From assembly GCA_963642055.1 (NCBI GenBank), contig CAVIFQ010000003.1, positions 1,205 to 65,204 on the forward strand: 64,000 bases of DNA, given 5' to 3'. The stretch comes from Roseburia hominis (GTDB lineage Bacteria; Bacillota_I; Bacilli_A; RFN20; CAG-826). How positions within the stretch are numbered: the stretch's first letter is position 1; each line of letters begins with the position of its first letter. Shown here one piece after another: positions 36,371 to 45,555 of this stretch. A program made the position numbers and the translations under genes. A model generated the notes under the pieces. It was not told the DNA's origin. It was given only the letters and a program-made list of their open reading frames with translations, and made no database searches.

Positions 36371-37095
36371 TCGTGCCGTCTAGGATCTAAAAAGGTTTCG
36401 GAGAAGCGCCCGGAAAAAGACGGTTTCATTCCTTTTAAGGCTAGATGAGAGGTATCGCCGAAAGATGTCATTCTCCATTGGGCGATCCCTTCGCGCCGTT
36501 CTTCGGTATAAAGAGTCGTTATCGAACTAGGGGCGGCGCAACAGTGCTGCGCGATTGATAAGGGACTCGCGTTTATTAAGTGCGATACCATCATCGAAGT
36601 AACCCCGAAATGGCAAAAGAAAGCCAATGTTCTTTCGTTGCTTTCCGTGACTTTATAATGGTGTTTTTCTCTAAGATAGCCGTTTTCTGCAAGGATTTTG
36701 TCTAAAGAGGCGCAAACATGAAGGTATTTTTCTTCGAAGTCGCTTTCCTTATATTCCTTCACACTAGAAATGAATTTATCGATTGAATAAGCATCATCTC
36801 CCGCCTTTTCCAAAGTCGTCGGAAGAAAGTCCCAAGCGTTGTGACGCCCATCATGGATGACGTTCGCGTCAAACTCGCGGAGCCAATCTTCGGTGGTGGG
36901 GGATAAAGAAAAATCGATTTCCTTTAGATAGGCTTCCATCGTTTTCTGAGCCCGGCCTAGAGGGGAGACATAGACAGTATCTATTTTTTCGTTACGCAAA
37001 AAAGAGGCGAGAGCGATAGCCTCTTTCTCGCCTTGTTTTGTGAGCGAATCGTGCTCGTAATCTGGATCAGCGTGACGGATGAAGAGCAGCCTCAT
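36367..37095 (-). CDS. histidine phosphatase family protein (phosphoglycerate mutase-like)
   Basis: 242 aa; N-terminal LLFIRHADP catalytic-His motif of the histidine phosphatase superfamily. Confidence 0.65.
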   Translation of the reverse strand: MRLLFIRHADPDYEHDSLTKQGEKEAIALASFLRNEKIDTVYVSPLGRAQKTMEAYLKEIDFSLSPTTEDWLREFDANVIHDGRHNAWDFLPTTLEKAGDDAYSIDKFISSVKEYKESDFEEKYLHVCASLDKILAENGYLREKHHYKVTESNERTLAFFCHFGVTSMMVSHLINASPLSIAQHCCAAPSSITTLYTEERREGIAQWRMTSFGDTSHLALKGMKPSFSGRFSETFLDPRRHD

Positions 37096-37097
37096 CG

Positions 37098-37676
37098 TTA
37101 TTGATTGCTATTGAGCGCTTCGAAAGCGCGGGCGACTTTGGTCTTCTTATTGAGCTCAAAGGGGATATCGTATTTCTCGAAGAGTTCGCGGAGGAGTTTC
37201 TCGGCCTCGGCTTCGTTATTGTATTCGAGTTCGATTTCGTAATCTCTTTTGCCAGAGTAGTTGTTCTCGTCGATAGAGAGTTTTCCCTCAAAATAGGGGA
37301 CATCGATACGGTTGGTGGTCAAGCTTGTTTTGACTTTGAGGGTCGAAACATCGACATCGAGCATCGTCAAAAAGCGTTTGAGATCATTATCTGGGAAAAC
37401 GCCTTTGCGGGTGAATTCGTCGAATGCTGTTTCGCTCAACGGTTCGTTTTTCTCGAGTAGGCCATGGCTAAGAGGGGTTTTCAAAGTCATCTCGTAATGG
37501 CCGTATTTCTCCCTGATGCGGAGGGCTAAACCTTCCTTGCGGAGATATCCTTCATCATTATCGATATAAAAATTGGTTTGGATGAAATGCCTATAGGTAT
37601 GGAAGGCGTTTACAAGTTTCTCGTAATCGGCTTTGCCGACCAGTGCTTTTGCTTCAATTTCGATTGCGTTGCTCAT
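37098..37676 (-). CDS. CYTH-domain protein (triphosphate tunnel metalloenzyme, YjbK-like)
   Basis: 192 aa; N-terminal EIEAK motif and alternating charged beta-strands of the CYTH fold. Confidence 0.7.
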   Translation of the reverse strand: MSNAIEIEAKALVGKADYEKLVNAFHTYRHFIQTNFYIDNDEGYLRKEGLALRIREKYGHYEMTLKTPLSHGLLEKNEPLSETAFDEFTRKGVFPDNDLKRFLTMLDVDVSTLKVKTSLTTNRIDVPYFEGKLSIDENNYSGKRDYEIELEYNNEAEAEKLLRELFEKYDIPFELNKKTKVARAFEALNSNQ

Positions 37677-37707
37677 AGCGTGCTCCTCTTTGTGGTATTA
37701 TACTCCT

Positions 37708-38085
37708 ATGTCTTTTTATTTACCTATCATCTATACCGACTTCTTGCTTAAAAACATCTGGTGGATTATCGCTCTAGGAGCAGCCCTCATCATCGCGCTT
37801 CTCATCTTCATCGACAAACGCTTCCTCTCAAAACCCAAGAAAAAGGAAATCAGCGAAGAAACTGCCTCTTTGTATTTGGAGGCTCTTGGGGGAGCAAGTA
37901 ACGTCAAAGAGAAATCCCTTGAAGGCAGTCGTATCATCTTAAGACTCAATGATTACGGTGCCGTCAATCGCGACAAGCTCCGCGAAGCGGGGGTCACCGG
38001 GTTCATTCAGATGAGCGACCGTTTGACTCTTGTCATCAAAGGCAACGCCATGGAAGTCTACGAGAAAATATTCCCTAACGCGTGA
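37708..38085 (+). CDS. membrane-anchored PTS EIIB-like domain protein (active-site Cys replaced by Ser)
   Basis: N-terminal TM helix then LEALGGASNV...SRIILRLND...AGVTGFIQMSDRLTLVIKGNA, matching the glucose-family EIIB fold with S in place of the phospho-Cys; TGgTATTAT -10 sits 6 nt upstream of the ATG (leaderless?). Confidence 0.5.
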   Translation: MSFYLPIIYTDFLLKNIWWIIALGAALIIALLIFIDKRFLSKPKKKEISEETASLYLEALGGASNVKEKSLEGSRIILRLNDYGAVNRDKLREAGVTGFIQMSDRLTLVIKGNAMEVYEKIFPNA

Positions 38086-38623
38086 AAACGCGTTTTTTCA
38101 AATCTTCGACGGGTAGTCCCATCACGTTGTAATAAGATCCGACGATTTTCTCGATGAGCGGATAATCATCTTGGATGCCATAAGCCCCGGCTTTATCGAA
38201 GGGTTTATGAATTTTGACGTATTCTTTTATCTGCCCTTCGCTCAAAGAGTTGAAATAGACCTCGGTGGAGACGGTATGCGAAATCTCTTTCTCTTTCGAG
38301 ATATACGTATAGGCGCTTAAGACGATTTGCTTCTTCCCTTGCTCTTCTTTGAGCATCCTTATGGCATCGGCTTCGTCGAGCGGTTTCTCTAAAGCTTTGC
38401 CGTTTAATATCACGATGGTGTCGCAGCTTAAAATCTCATCATTCGGGTAACGCGAAAAAAGAGCGTAAGCCTTCATTTTGCTTTCCTCGACGGCGAGGTC
38501 TTTAGGATTGAAGGAAGAATCAAGGATGCGCTCATCGAAAGAAGAGGGGATTACCTTGAACTCAGTCGTTAGTAGAGAAAGCAGCTCTCTTCTTCGTGGG
38601 GATTTGCTGGCCAATATGAGCAT
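38075..38623 (-). CDS. maf: Maf-like nucleoside triphosphate pyrophosphatase
   Basis: 182 aa; MLILASKSPRRRELL start and Maf blocks. Confidence 0.85.
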   Translation of the reverse strand: MLILASKSPRRRELLSLLTTEFKVIPSSFDERILDSSFNPKDLAVEESKMKAYALFSRYPNDEILSCDTIVILNGKALEKPLDEADAIRMLKEEQGKKQIVLSAYTYISKEKEISHTVSTEVYFNSLSEGQIKEYVKIHKPFDKAGAYGIQDDYPLIEKIVGSYYNVMGLPVEDLKKRVFTR

Positions 38624-38624
38624 T

Positions 38625-40292
38625 TTAGTTCTTCGAAAGGACGAGCGGGATGATCATCGGGCTTCTTTCGGTCTTGCGGTAAATGTATTTGGATACCTCA
38701 TTCTTGACGGCACTCTTGATTTCGCCGATGGAGGCCCTGCGCTCAATCGCGGCTTTATAAGCTTCATCAGCGTGAAGCTGGGTGTGACGCATCAAGTGGG
38801 TGTTCTCGCCGCTTGCGAATCCGCGGGCGTAGACAATCGGCGGGAGAGTGGCTTCGCCCTTCTCGTTCATCGATAGCAAAATGACGACTAGACCATCGCT
38901 TTTTAAGATTTCGCGGTCATGGAGGACGCTGCTTGATAAGCCATCCAAATCATTGCCATCGATATAGACATCCTCCGCTGGCACATGGCCACCTCTAGAG
39001 ACAACGCCATCTTTAAGCTGCAAGACATCGCCATTCCCGCAGACGAAGATATTGCTTTCTTTCATGCCGAGCTCTTTGGCGACTTCCCCGTGCAATTTGA
39101 GCATGCGGTATTCGCCATGCGCCGGCATGAAGTATTTAGGATTGGCGAGTTTGAGCATCAAGCGGAGTTCTTGTTTGGACGGGTGGCCCGAGCTATGGAG
39201 AGAGAAAGCGATGCTATTGGTTTTAACGTCCGCCCCTTGCTTGACGAGATTATTGACCAAGCGGTCGATGAGGGCGCCGTTCCCTGGGATCGGGTTGGAA
39301 GAAAAGACGATAGTATCGCCTTGACTTATGTGCACGTTTTTGTGATCGCCATTCGCGATGCGGGAAAGAGCCGCCATGCTCTCGCCTTGGGAGCCAGTGC
39401 AAAGAATGCAGATCTCGTTGCTCTTGTAGTTACGGATATTCTCATCGCTTATGATGGATGAATCCGGGATTTTGATATAGCCATAATCGCGGGCGATCCC
39501 GACAACCGTCTCCATGCTCCTTCCGAGAATGCAGATTTTGCGGTTATGCTCGACGGCGACCTCAACTACCTGCTGAATACGGTTGATGTTGCTAGAGAAG
39601 GTCGAGACGATGATTCTTCCAGGGGCTTTGTCGAATATTTCCTCGACGCCGCTTCTTACGTGGCGCTCGCTGGGGGTATAGCCCTCTATTTCGGCGTTTG
39701 TGGAATCGCTTAAAAGGAGACTCACGCCCTCATCGCCGAATTTCGCGACTTTGCTGAGCTCGAAATTCGGGCCGACTGGGGTCAAATCGATTTTGAAGTC
39801 GCCGGTATCGAGGATTCTTCCTTCTGGCGTATCGATGCAGATGCCGAAAGAATCAGGGATGGAGTGAGTGACGCGGAAGAAGGATACCTTGAAGCTATCA
39901 TCGACGCGGATGACGGTATCGCTGTCATACTCAACGATTTTGACTTGGTCTTTGATGCGCGCATCCTCAAGCTTGTGGCGAATGAGGGCAGCGGCTAGAC
40001 GCGGAGCGTAAATCACGGGGATATTGACGCTTCTCACCAAAAAAGGAATGCCGCCGATGTGGTCTTCGTGGCCGTGCGTGATGAAGAGTGCTTTGATTTT
40101 GCCGCGATTATTCCGCAAATACGTGTAATCTGGGATAACGTAGTCAACGCCAGGCAAATTGGCTTCTGGAAAACGGACGCCGGCATCGATCATGATGATT
40201 GAGCGCTCGCTTTCAAAGCAATAGGTGTTCTTGCCGACCTCACCGAGGCCGCCGAGAGCAAAAATCTGTATAGGTGTGCTTGATTTAGACAT
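38625..40292 (-). CDS. rnj: ribonuclease J
   Basis: 555 aa; beta-lactamase HxHxDH motif (ITHGHEDHIGG), beta-CASP and C-terminal domains; 2 nt upstream of maf. Confidence 0.9.
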   Translation of the reverse strand: MSKSSTPIQIFALGGLGEVGKNTYCFESERSIIMIDAGVRFPEANLPGVDYVIPDYTYLRNNRGKIKALFITHGHEDHIGGIPFLVRSVNIPVIYAPRLAAALIRHKLEDARIKDQVKIVEYDSDTVIRVDDSFKVSFFRVTHSIPDSFGICIDTPEGRILDTGDFKIDLTPVGPNFELSKVAKFGDEGVSLLLSDSTNAEIEGYTPSERHVRSGVEEIFDKAPGRIIVSTFSSNINRIQQVVEVAVEHNRKICILGRSMETVVGIARDYGYIKIPDSSIISDENIRNYKSNEICILCTGSQGESMAALSRIANGDHKNVHISQGDTIVFSSNPIPGNGALIDRLVNNLVKQGADVKTNSIAFSLHSSGHPSKQELRLMLKLANPKYFMPAHGEYRMLKLHGEVAKELGMKESNIFVCGNGDVLQLKDGVVSRGGHVPAEDVYIDGNDLDGLSSSVLHDREILKSDGLVVILLSMNEKGEATLPPIVYARGFASGENTHLMRHTQLHADEAYKAAIERRASIGEIKSAVKNEVSKYIYRKTERSPMIIPLVLSKN

Positions 40293-40440
40293 AGAAATAA
40301 CGATCCTTCGTGAATAGACAACGTCTTATGGGCGACTTTGTTGGCCTTAATATAGCAACATCAAAATGAGTTTTCATCAAAAAAGGGGATATTTTCCATG
40401 AAAGAGGTTTCATCGTAACCTCTCTATGAAAACTGCTTTT

Positions 40441-41349
40441 TTAACGGTCCGCTGTTTGTTTATCCAAGAAGAAGCGTATCCAAAGATAGACCAAGTAGAG
40501 AGATGGTGGTAATAAAAGAGCAAAAGGAGCCAAATTCATGCTCGCCATCGCATCAAATCGGAAATAGGGCTGACATACAGCGATGGCGATATCAGGATTC
40601 ATAATAAAGACGATAAGAGAAGCGATCGTCCCTACGATTAAGCAAAGTGACAAAAGGAATAAAATGACGCCTTTCCTCTTTTTATTAAAGGAAAAAAGAG
40701 GGTAGCTTTCTATGTATATGTCATAAGCGAGGAGTAAGGCAATCCCGATCATGACGATAAAGAAAGGGATGGTTTTCGGGAAAGATGGATGCTCCCAGTA
40801 GGAAAAGGATAAACCCCACAATAAAGCCCCGACCATGAAGAGTGAGAAACCGGTGCCGATTCCTTTCATGAGGAAGGAGAAGAAACGCGACGGCCTGTTT
40901 GCTTTACTTGAATCCGTAATAAGGAAAATCCTGTTTAAATCCCTTGGCAAATACAAATAAGCCCCGATGGCGCAGCTTAATAAAGAGATGAGCAGACTAT
41001 CGAGAGGGAAAAGCGGGGCAAGACCGCCTTCAACAAGGTCATGAAAAACGCCTAGAGAGAAATAAGCGATATCTAGAGCGATCACATATATAGATAAGCC
41101 GATGATGATAGCCCCGTTAGTCGTGGCTTTATGGCGAAGAGCTTGCTCATTATGAGCGTGCGATAAGCGGTGAAAGAGAATAAGGAAATAAGTCGGCATG
41201 AAATAGGCGACAGCAGCTGGGATTGCTCGGTATCCGGTGACGAAAACGCCGGAGGCTGCATCGACACTCACGATAATAAAAGGGAAAAAGGAGAGAGCCG
41301 CCAAAAAGAACAAAATAACCTCTATGACGGGAGCGAAGAACTTTTTCAT
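40441..41349 (-). CDS. hypothetical polytopic membrane protein
   Basis: 302 aa; about 8 hydrophobic helices; its start overlaps the upstream metallophosphoesterase gene by 4 nt. Confidence 0.55.
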   Translation of the reverse strand: MKKFFAPVIEVILFFLAALSFFPFIIVSVDAASGVFVTGYRAIPAAVAYFMPTYFLILFHRLSHAHNEQALRHKATTNGAIIIGLSIYVIALDIAYFSLGVFHDLVEGGLAPLFPLDSLLISLLSCAIGAYLYLPRDLNRIFLITDSSKANRPSRFFSFLMKGIGTGFSLFMVGALLWGLSFSYWEHPSFPKTIPFFIVMIGIALLLAYDIYIESYPLFSFNKKRKGVILFLLSLCLIVGTIASLIVFIMNPDIAIAVCQPYFRFDAMASMNLAPFALLLPPSLYLVYLWIRFFLDKQTADR

Positions 41350-42416
41350 GGTCTTTCAATCTCCTTTTCGTAAGTCAAAGAATAATCTTCATAATCCAAA
41401 AAGAAGTGCTTGATGGAATAAGAAGCGTCATCTTTTACGGTATAGACGGCTCCGCCGATCATATCGTAGCCAGCATTCGAGACGCCATAAAAAAGCTCGC
41501 GGTCGGCTTTGACTCCGTAACCGATGGCTGTTCCCCTATATTCGCCAACCCAGTCATTGTCGTGATCATGGCCAAAGAAGATGCCTTTCATGCCACGATA
41601 ATTCGCTTTATCAAAGAATCCCAAGTTTTTCACCCCGGGGCAAAAAGGGATGGGGCCGCCCATTTTTTCCGTTAGTTCTGGAATTTTCTTATAGGTGAAT
41701 TTCTTGTGTATCTCGCCAAGTAAGCCTTCTTTGTTATTTAGATAAGCATCGACACTTTCCCATAAGGGGATATGGAGGAAGCCCAATGAGGGGATATAGG
41801 AACCGCCATTTGCTTCTTTGGCTTTTTCGGCTTCTTTCACATACCAATCAATCTGGTCTTCACGCAGATAATCGTAATAATAAACGCCATCGATGTTGAC
41901 GTTGCTGTGGCTATCGAAGGAGTAAACCTGGAAGATTGTTTTATCGTCTTTTTTGAGATTGAGAACGCTGTCGCTGTGGCCGCATTTTGAGGTTGCGCCC
42001 ATATACGAATTTAAGCAAAATTCGCTTGAATAGATTTTTCGTAAAAGCCATGATTCACTGTAAAATCCCTGCAAATCGTGGTTACCAAAGAGGAAATAGT
42101 AGGGGATTTGCCAACTATCAAGCATAGAGAAAAGAGCATCCGCGATGCCTTTGGTGGCGTTTAAAAGCGAGTCTCCGGTCACCATGATGAGGTCAGGATC
42201 AGCATAGCTAACCGAAGCGCTTATGAATTCGCTTTCGTGCTTGATATCGGTCGAAGAGGAAAAATGGATATCGGTCAATTGCAATATCTTGAAAGACGAT
42301 TCTTTGAAAGATAGAGACTGGGCGATAGAGCGGTCTATCGCCTCGTTTTCCTTAGGAAGAGAACAAGAGGTGAGAGTGGCAAGAAGAGAGAAAACGAAAA
42401 GAGTCTTTTTCTTCAT
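41346..42416 (-). CDS. metallophosphoesterase lipoprotein (calcineurin-like)
   Basis: 356 aa; signal peptide with lipobox LTSC; GDS...GNHD and GHDH phosphoesterase motifs; overlaps def by 4 nt. Confidence 0.75.
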   Translation of the reverse strand: MKKKTLFVFSLLATLTSCSLPKENEAIDRSIAQSLSFKESSFKILQLTDIHFSSSTDIKHESEFISASVSYADPDLIMVTGDSLLNATKGIADALFSMLDSWQIPYYFLFGNHDLQGFYSESWLLRKIYSSEFCLNSYMGATSKCGHSDSVLNLKKDDKTIFQVYSFDSHSNVNIDGVYYYDYLREDQIDWYVKEAEKAKEANGGSYIPSLGFLHIPLWESVDAYLNNKEGLLGEIHKKFTYKKIPELTEKMGGPIPFCPGVKNLGFFDKANYRGMKGIFFGHDHDNDWVGEYRGTAIGYGVKADRELFYGVSNAGYDMIGGAVYTVKDDASYSIKHFFLDYEDYSLTYEKEIERP

Positions 42417-42958
42417 ATCGCAATGGCGCCGGGTAAAGGCCTATCAGGATTCTTTTTGTCGATGTGGTCGTAAAAGAGAATGCCATCAAGATGATCTATT
42501 TCGTGCTGGAGGACGATGGCGTCAAATCCTTTGGCTTTGATGATTACTTCTTCGCCTGTAGAAGCCTCAATCGCTTTGACGGTGATACGGTAGTCACGGT
42601 GCACCAAGCCAGGGTGTTCCTCATCGACCGAAAGGCAGCCCTCGCCACCGCGGAGGTAGCATTTTTTGATGCTGTTTGCGATGATTTTCGGGTTTACGAG
42701 CATATGCTGGACGTATTCGTCTTCCCCGACGGGGTAATAAATGACGAGCATCCTTTTATTGACGCCGACTTGAGGCGAAGCCAAACCTACCCCCTCGCGT
42801 ACTTTCGGGTGGGCTTTACGGAATTCCTCATTCTGGGAATCCTTGAGATATTGGAGCATTTGATAGAGCAGATTCTTGTCTTCTTCGGGAACAGGAACCA
42901 TTACTTCTTTGCTTTTGGCGCGTAAGGAAGTGGCGTTGTCTTTAGTGATTTTCAGCAT
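42413..42958 (-). CDS. def: peptide deformylase
   Basis: 181 aa; GLASPQVGV, EGCLSV and QHEIDHLDG motifs. Confidence 0.9.
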   Translation of the reverse strand: MLKITKDNATSLRAKSKEVMVPVPEEDKNLLYQMLQYLKDSQNEEFRKAHPKVREGVGLASPQVGVNKRMLVIYYPVGEDEYVQHMLVNPKIIANSIKKCYLRGGEGCLSVDEEHPGLVHRDYRITVKAIEASTGEEVIIKAKGFDAIVLQHEIDHLDGILFYDHIDKKNPDRPLPGAIAI

Positions 42959-43027
42959 GCGGTAATTGTAGCACTCCTACGATTAAGCGCGCGAGAAGCA
43001 CTTACTTTTTGCTATAATACGTTCGTC

Positions 43028-43387
43028 ATGGAAGAAAAAATCATCAAAGAGCTCCAAACTCTGAAAGCTTCTATCGATAACGATGGGCGTATTCTTCGCT
43101 TATCTGAACTCGAAGCGAAACTCGCGGAAGATGAAGAAGTAAAGAGGCTCTCGAAAAGATTAAAAGAGGAAGAAGAAGCTTATTCTTTCGCTCTTTCTAC
43201 CTATGGCAAAAATAGCGAAGAAACCAAAAAGGCGCAACTTGCTTTATTCGAGGCCAAAAAGGAATTGGACTCCCTCCCGTTGGTGAAGGAATATAACGAG
43301 GCTTATATTGCGGTACGCGATCTATATATGCAGATCGATGACATTATTTTTTCCCCGTTCAGGCGCAGAGTCCTCAAGATTGACTAG
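43028..43387 (+). CDS. YlbF/YmcA-family protein
   Basis: 119 aa helical protein at the position of ylbF upstream of rsmD-coaD (Bacillus synteny). Confidence 0.5.
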   Translation: MEEKIIKELQTLKASIDNDGRILRLSELEAKLAEDEEVKRLSKRLKEEEEAYSFALSTYGKNSEETKKAQLALFEAKKELDSLPLVKEYNEAYIAVRDLYMQIDDIIFSPFRRRVLKID

Positions 43388-43388
43388 C

Positions 43389-43943
43389 ATGGTTACTATT
43401 GGTGGCGGCATCTACCGCAGCAGAAAAATCGAAGTGCCCTCTTATTTGGAGGTCCCGACGAAGTCCATTGTGAGGCTGGGGATCGCTAACGCTTTATCCT
43501 CTTATATTACGCACGCGCGCGTGATGGATCTATTCGCGGGCAGTGGGGCGATGGGCATCGAGCTACTTTCTCGAGGCGCTTCCTTTTGCCTTTTCTCAGA
43601 CATAAACAAAGAAGGCGTTTCCGTGATTAATCAGAATCTGAAATCACTCGGTATCGAAAGTGCCTCCGTCAAAAACGCCGACTATAAAGAGACGCTTCGT
43701 TCATGCTTGTCGAACGAGGAAAAATACGATGTGATTTTCATCGATCCGCCTTATAAAGACAAAGAAGCGTATGGGTTTTGCTTTGATTTCATCAAAAATC
43801 ACGATATCTTGACCGAAGAAGGCATTCTTATTTTCGAGTATGAAGGAAAGCTAGAATTTGATGATGTCTCTTACTTCGAGAAAGTGAGAACATACAAATA
43901 CGGTCGGACTAACGTTGCGATATATTGGAGGAAACACATATGA
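43389..43943 (+). CDS. rsmD: 16S rRNA (guanine966-N2)-methyltransferase RsmD
   Basis: Start at ATG 43389; DLFAGSGAMGIE (SAM motif I) and IFIDPPY (motif IV). Confidence 0.8.
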   Translation: MVTIGGGIYRSRKIEVPSYLEVPTKSIVRLGIANALSSYITHARVMDLFAGSGAMGIELLSRGASFCLFSDINKEGVSVINQNLKSLGIESASVKNADYKETLRSCLSNEEKYDVIFIDPPYKDKEAYGFCFDFIKNHDILTEEGILIFEYEGKLEFDDVSYFEKVRTYKYGRTNVAIYWRKHI

Positions 43944-44419
43944 GAATCGGTGTATACCCAGGGTCATTCGATCCCGTCACGAATGGGCATATCGAGCTAA
44001 TCAAAAGAAGCGTCAATCTCTTTGATAAGGTTATTTTCCTTTTGGCGGTCAATCCTGCTAAAAAAAGCGTCTTCTCCGTCGATGACCGCTTGCTCATGAT
44101 GAAAGAGGCCACGAAAGAATACCCAAACGTGTCTGTCGATTTTTACCCAGGGCTCATCGTTGACTATTGCCGAAAAGTAGGCAGTTCCTATATTATCCGT
44201 GGTTTACGCGCCGTCACTGATTTTGAATACGAGTTCCAGATGGCGGCCGCGAATGAATTTGCCGATCCTTCTATCGATATGGTGTTCTTCATGTCTAGAA
44301 AAGAGGAGACATTCATTTCCTCAACTGCCATAAATGAGCTTTTTGATGGCGGGAAGGATATTTCTTCGCTCGTCCCTCCGGTTGTCGTGAAGATGCTCAA
44401 AGAAAAGAAGAAGCAGTAG
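43940..44419 (+). CDS. coaD: phosphopantetheine adenylyltransferase
   Basis: Start MRIGVYPGSFDPVTNGHIELI (HxGH-type nucleotidyltransferase); overlaps rsmD by 4 nt. Confidence 0.9.
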   Translation: MRIGVYPGSFDPVTNGHIELIKRSVNLFDKVIFLLAVNPAKKSVFSVDDRLLMMKEATKEYPNVSVDFYPGLIVDYCRKVGSSYIIRGLRAVTDFEYEFQMAAANEFADPSIDMVFFMSRKEETFISSTAINELFDGGKDISSLVPPVVVKMLKEKKKQ

Positions 44420-44444
44420 ATTCACCAATAATTAGAGAAAGCCA

Positions 44445-44476
44445 AGCGCCTCTTTCCTCATGGAGGCGCTTTTATA
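44445..44476 (+). terminator. Rho-independent terminator after coaD
   Basis: agcgcctc-tttcctcatg-gaggcgct-tttt. Confidence 0.75.
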
Positions 44477-44486
44477 GGTTAGGCAA

Positions 44487-44514
44487 ATAAAAAAGCCGCG
44501 ATTTTACTCGCGGC
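44487..44514 (-). terminator. Rho-independent terminator for the convergent minus-strand gene
   Basis: Minus strand gccgcg-agtaaaat-cgcggc followed by U6. Confidence 0.7.
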
Positions 44515-44527
44515 GATTTGCTTTTAA

Positions 44528-45394
44528 TTAGGATTTATAGACAGCGGAGAACGGGTTTTGGGTATCACTATCAAGATGGTTCCACATATTGATGAGGTTC
44601 TTCGCTCTTTCAGCGTCAGTGTCGCCCGATACGCCGAAGAGAACTTCGCATACGCCACCGCGACCAGCTTCGACGGCTTCTTTGCTGTAGTCGACTAAGA
44701 GAATGGTCGGGGTTGAGAAATTGGCGGAATCCGGTCCCTCATAGTTTTTATAGCTATCGTCAGAAGGGCTTGCGTTATCTTTGTACGGAGCTTCCTGAAG
44801 CTTTGTCGAAGTGATGTTGAAGAAATCGAGATAACGTCCTAAATAACGATGGAAAGCGGTGGTATCGTTGAGAGTCTCAGAATAATCATCGTCATTGGTG
44901 GAATCTTCATCGGTGAAAATGGTATAGAACTTGAACTCTCTATTATCGCTTGCGAGGTATTTGCTTCCCCATTGCTCGCTCAAGTACTTGAAACCATCTT
45001 CCGCTTTATCGCAGCCATCGCAATCGCTCGAAGTGTAGATGAAAAAGAACTTTTCGCCATACGCGGTGGAATCGATTTTGGCGTAATCATTGGCGTAGGC
45101 CAATTTCGTATTCGTGTAGATATTCTCGGTAATCGTATCGGCTTCCGTCAAAATGTAGCCATCGGCGACGGTGAAGTCGGCGGATTCCTCGCCATCCAAG
45201 CTTTTCTTCGCGGAATTGAAGAAAGCGCCAGTGGAGGCGTAGCCCCAGCTGGAAACCCAGTCAGTGATATAAGGGATCGAGAAAATGATGGCGAAAATAG
45301 CACCGACGATGAGCAAGGGCTGAACCCACGCGGTTTCTTTTATCCAACGCCATATTTTAACGAAGAAGGCACCTATTGCTTTTAGAACGATCAT
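44528..45394 (-). CDS. hypothetical membrane-anchored extracytoplasmic protein
   Basis: 288 aa; single N-terminal TM helix, acidic Asp/Ser/Thr/Tyr-rich exported domain with a CDGCD pair. Confidence 0.5.
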   Translation of the reverse strand: MIVLKAIGAFFVKIWRWIKETAWVQPLLIVGAIFAIIFSIPYITDWVSSWGYASTGAFFNSAKKSLDGEESADFTVADGYILTEADTITENIYTNTKLAYANDYAKIDSTAYGEKFFFIYTSSDCDGCDKAEDGFKYLSEQWGSKYLASDNREFKFYTIFTDEDSTNDDDYSETLNDTTAFHRYLGRYLDFFNITSTKLQEAPYKDNASPSDDSYKNYEGPDSANFSTPTILLVDYSKEAVEAGRGGVCEVLFGVSGDTDAERAKNLINMWNHLDSDTQNPFSAVYKS

Positions 45395-45555
45395 CGCTAT
45401 ATAACCTCCGAAAAAGTCTCTTCAAAAATCAACTCGATAATCATAGCATTGCCCCTTTAGTGTGGCAATAATCGATTTCAAGTCCCCATCTATGATGGGA
45501 AGTGGCGATAGTTCTTATAGTTTTAGGGAGGAAAACCGCTATAATCTTTGCTTGT

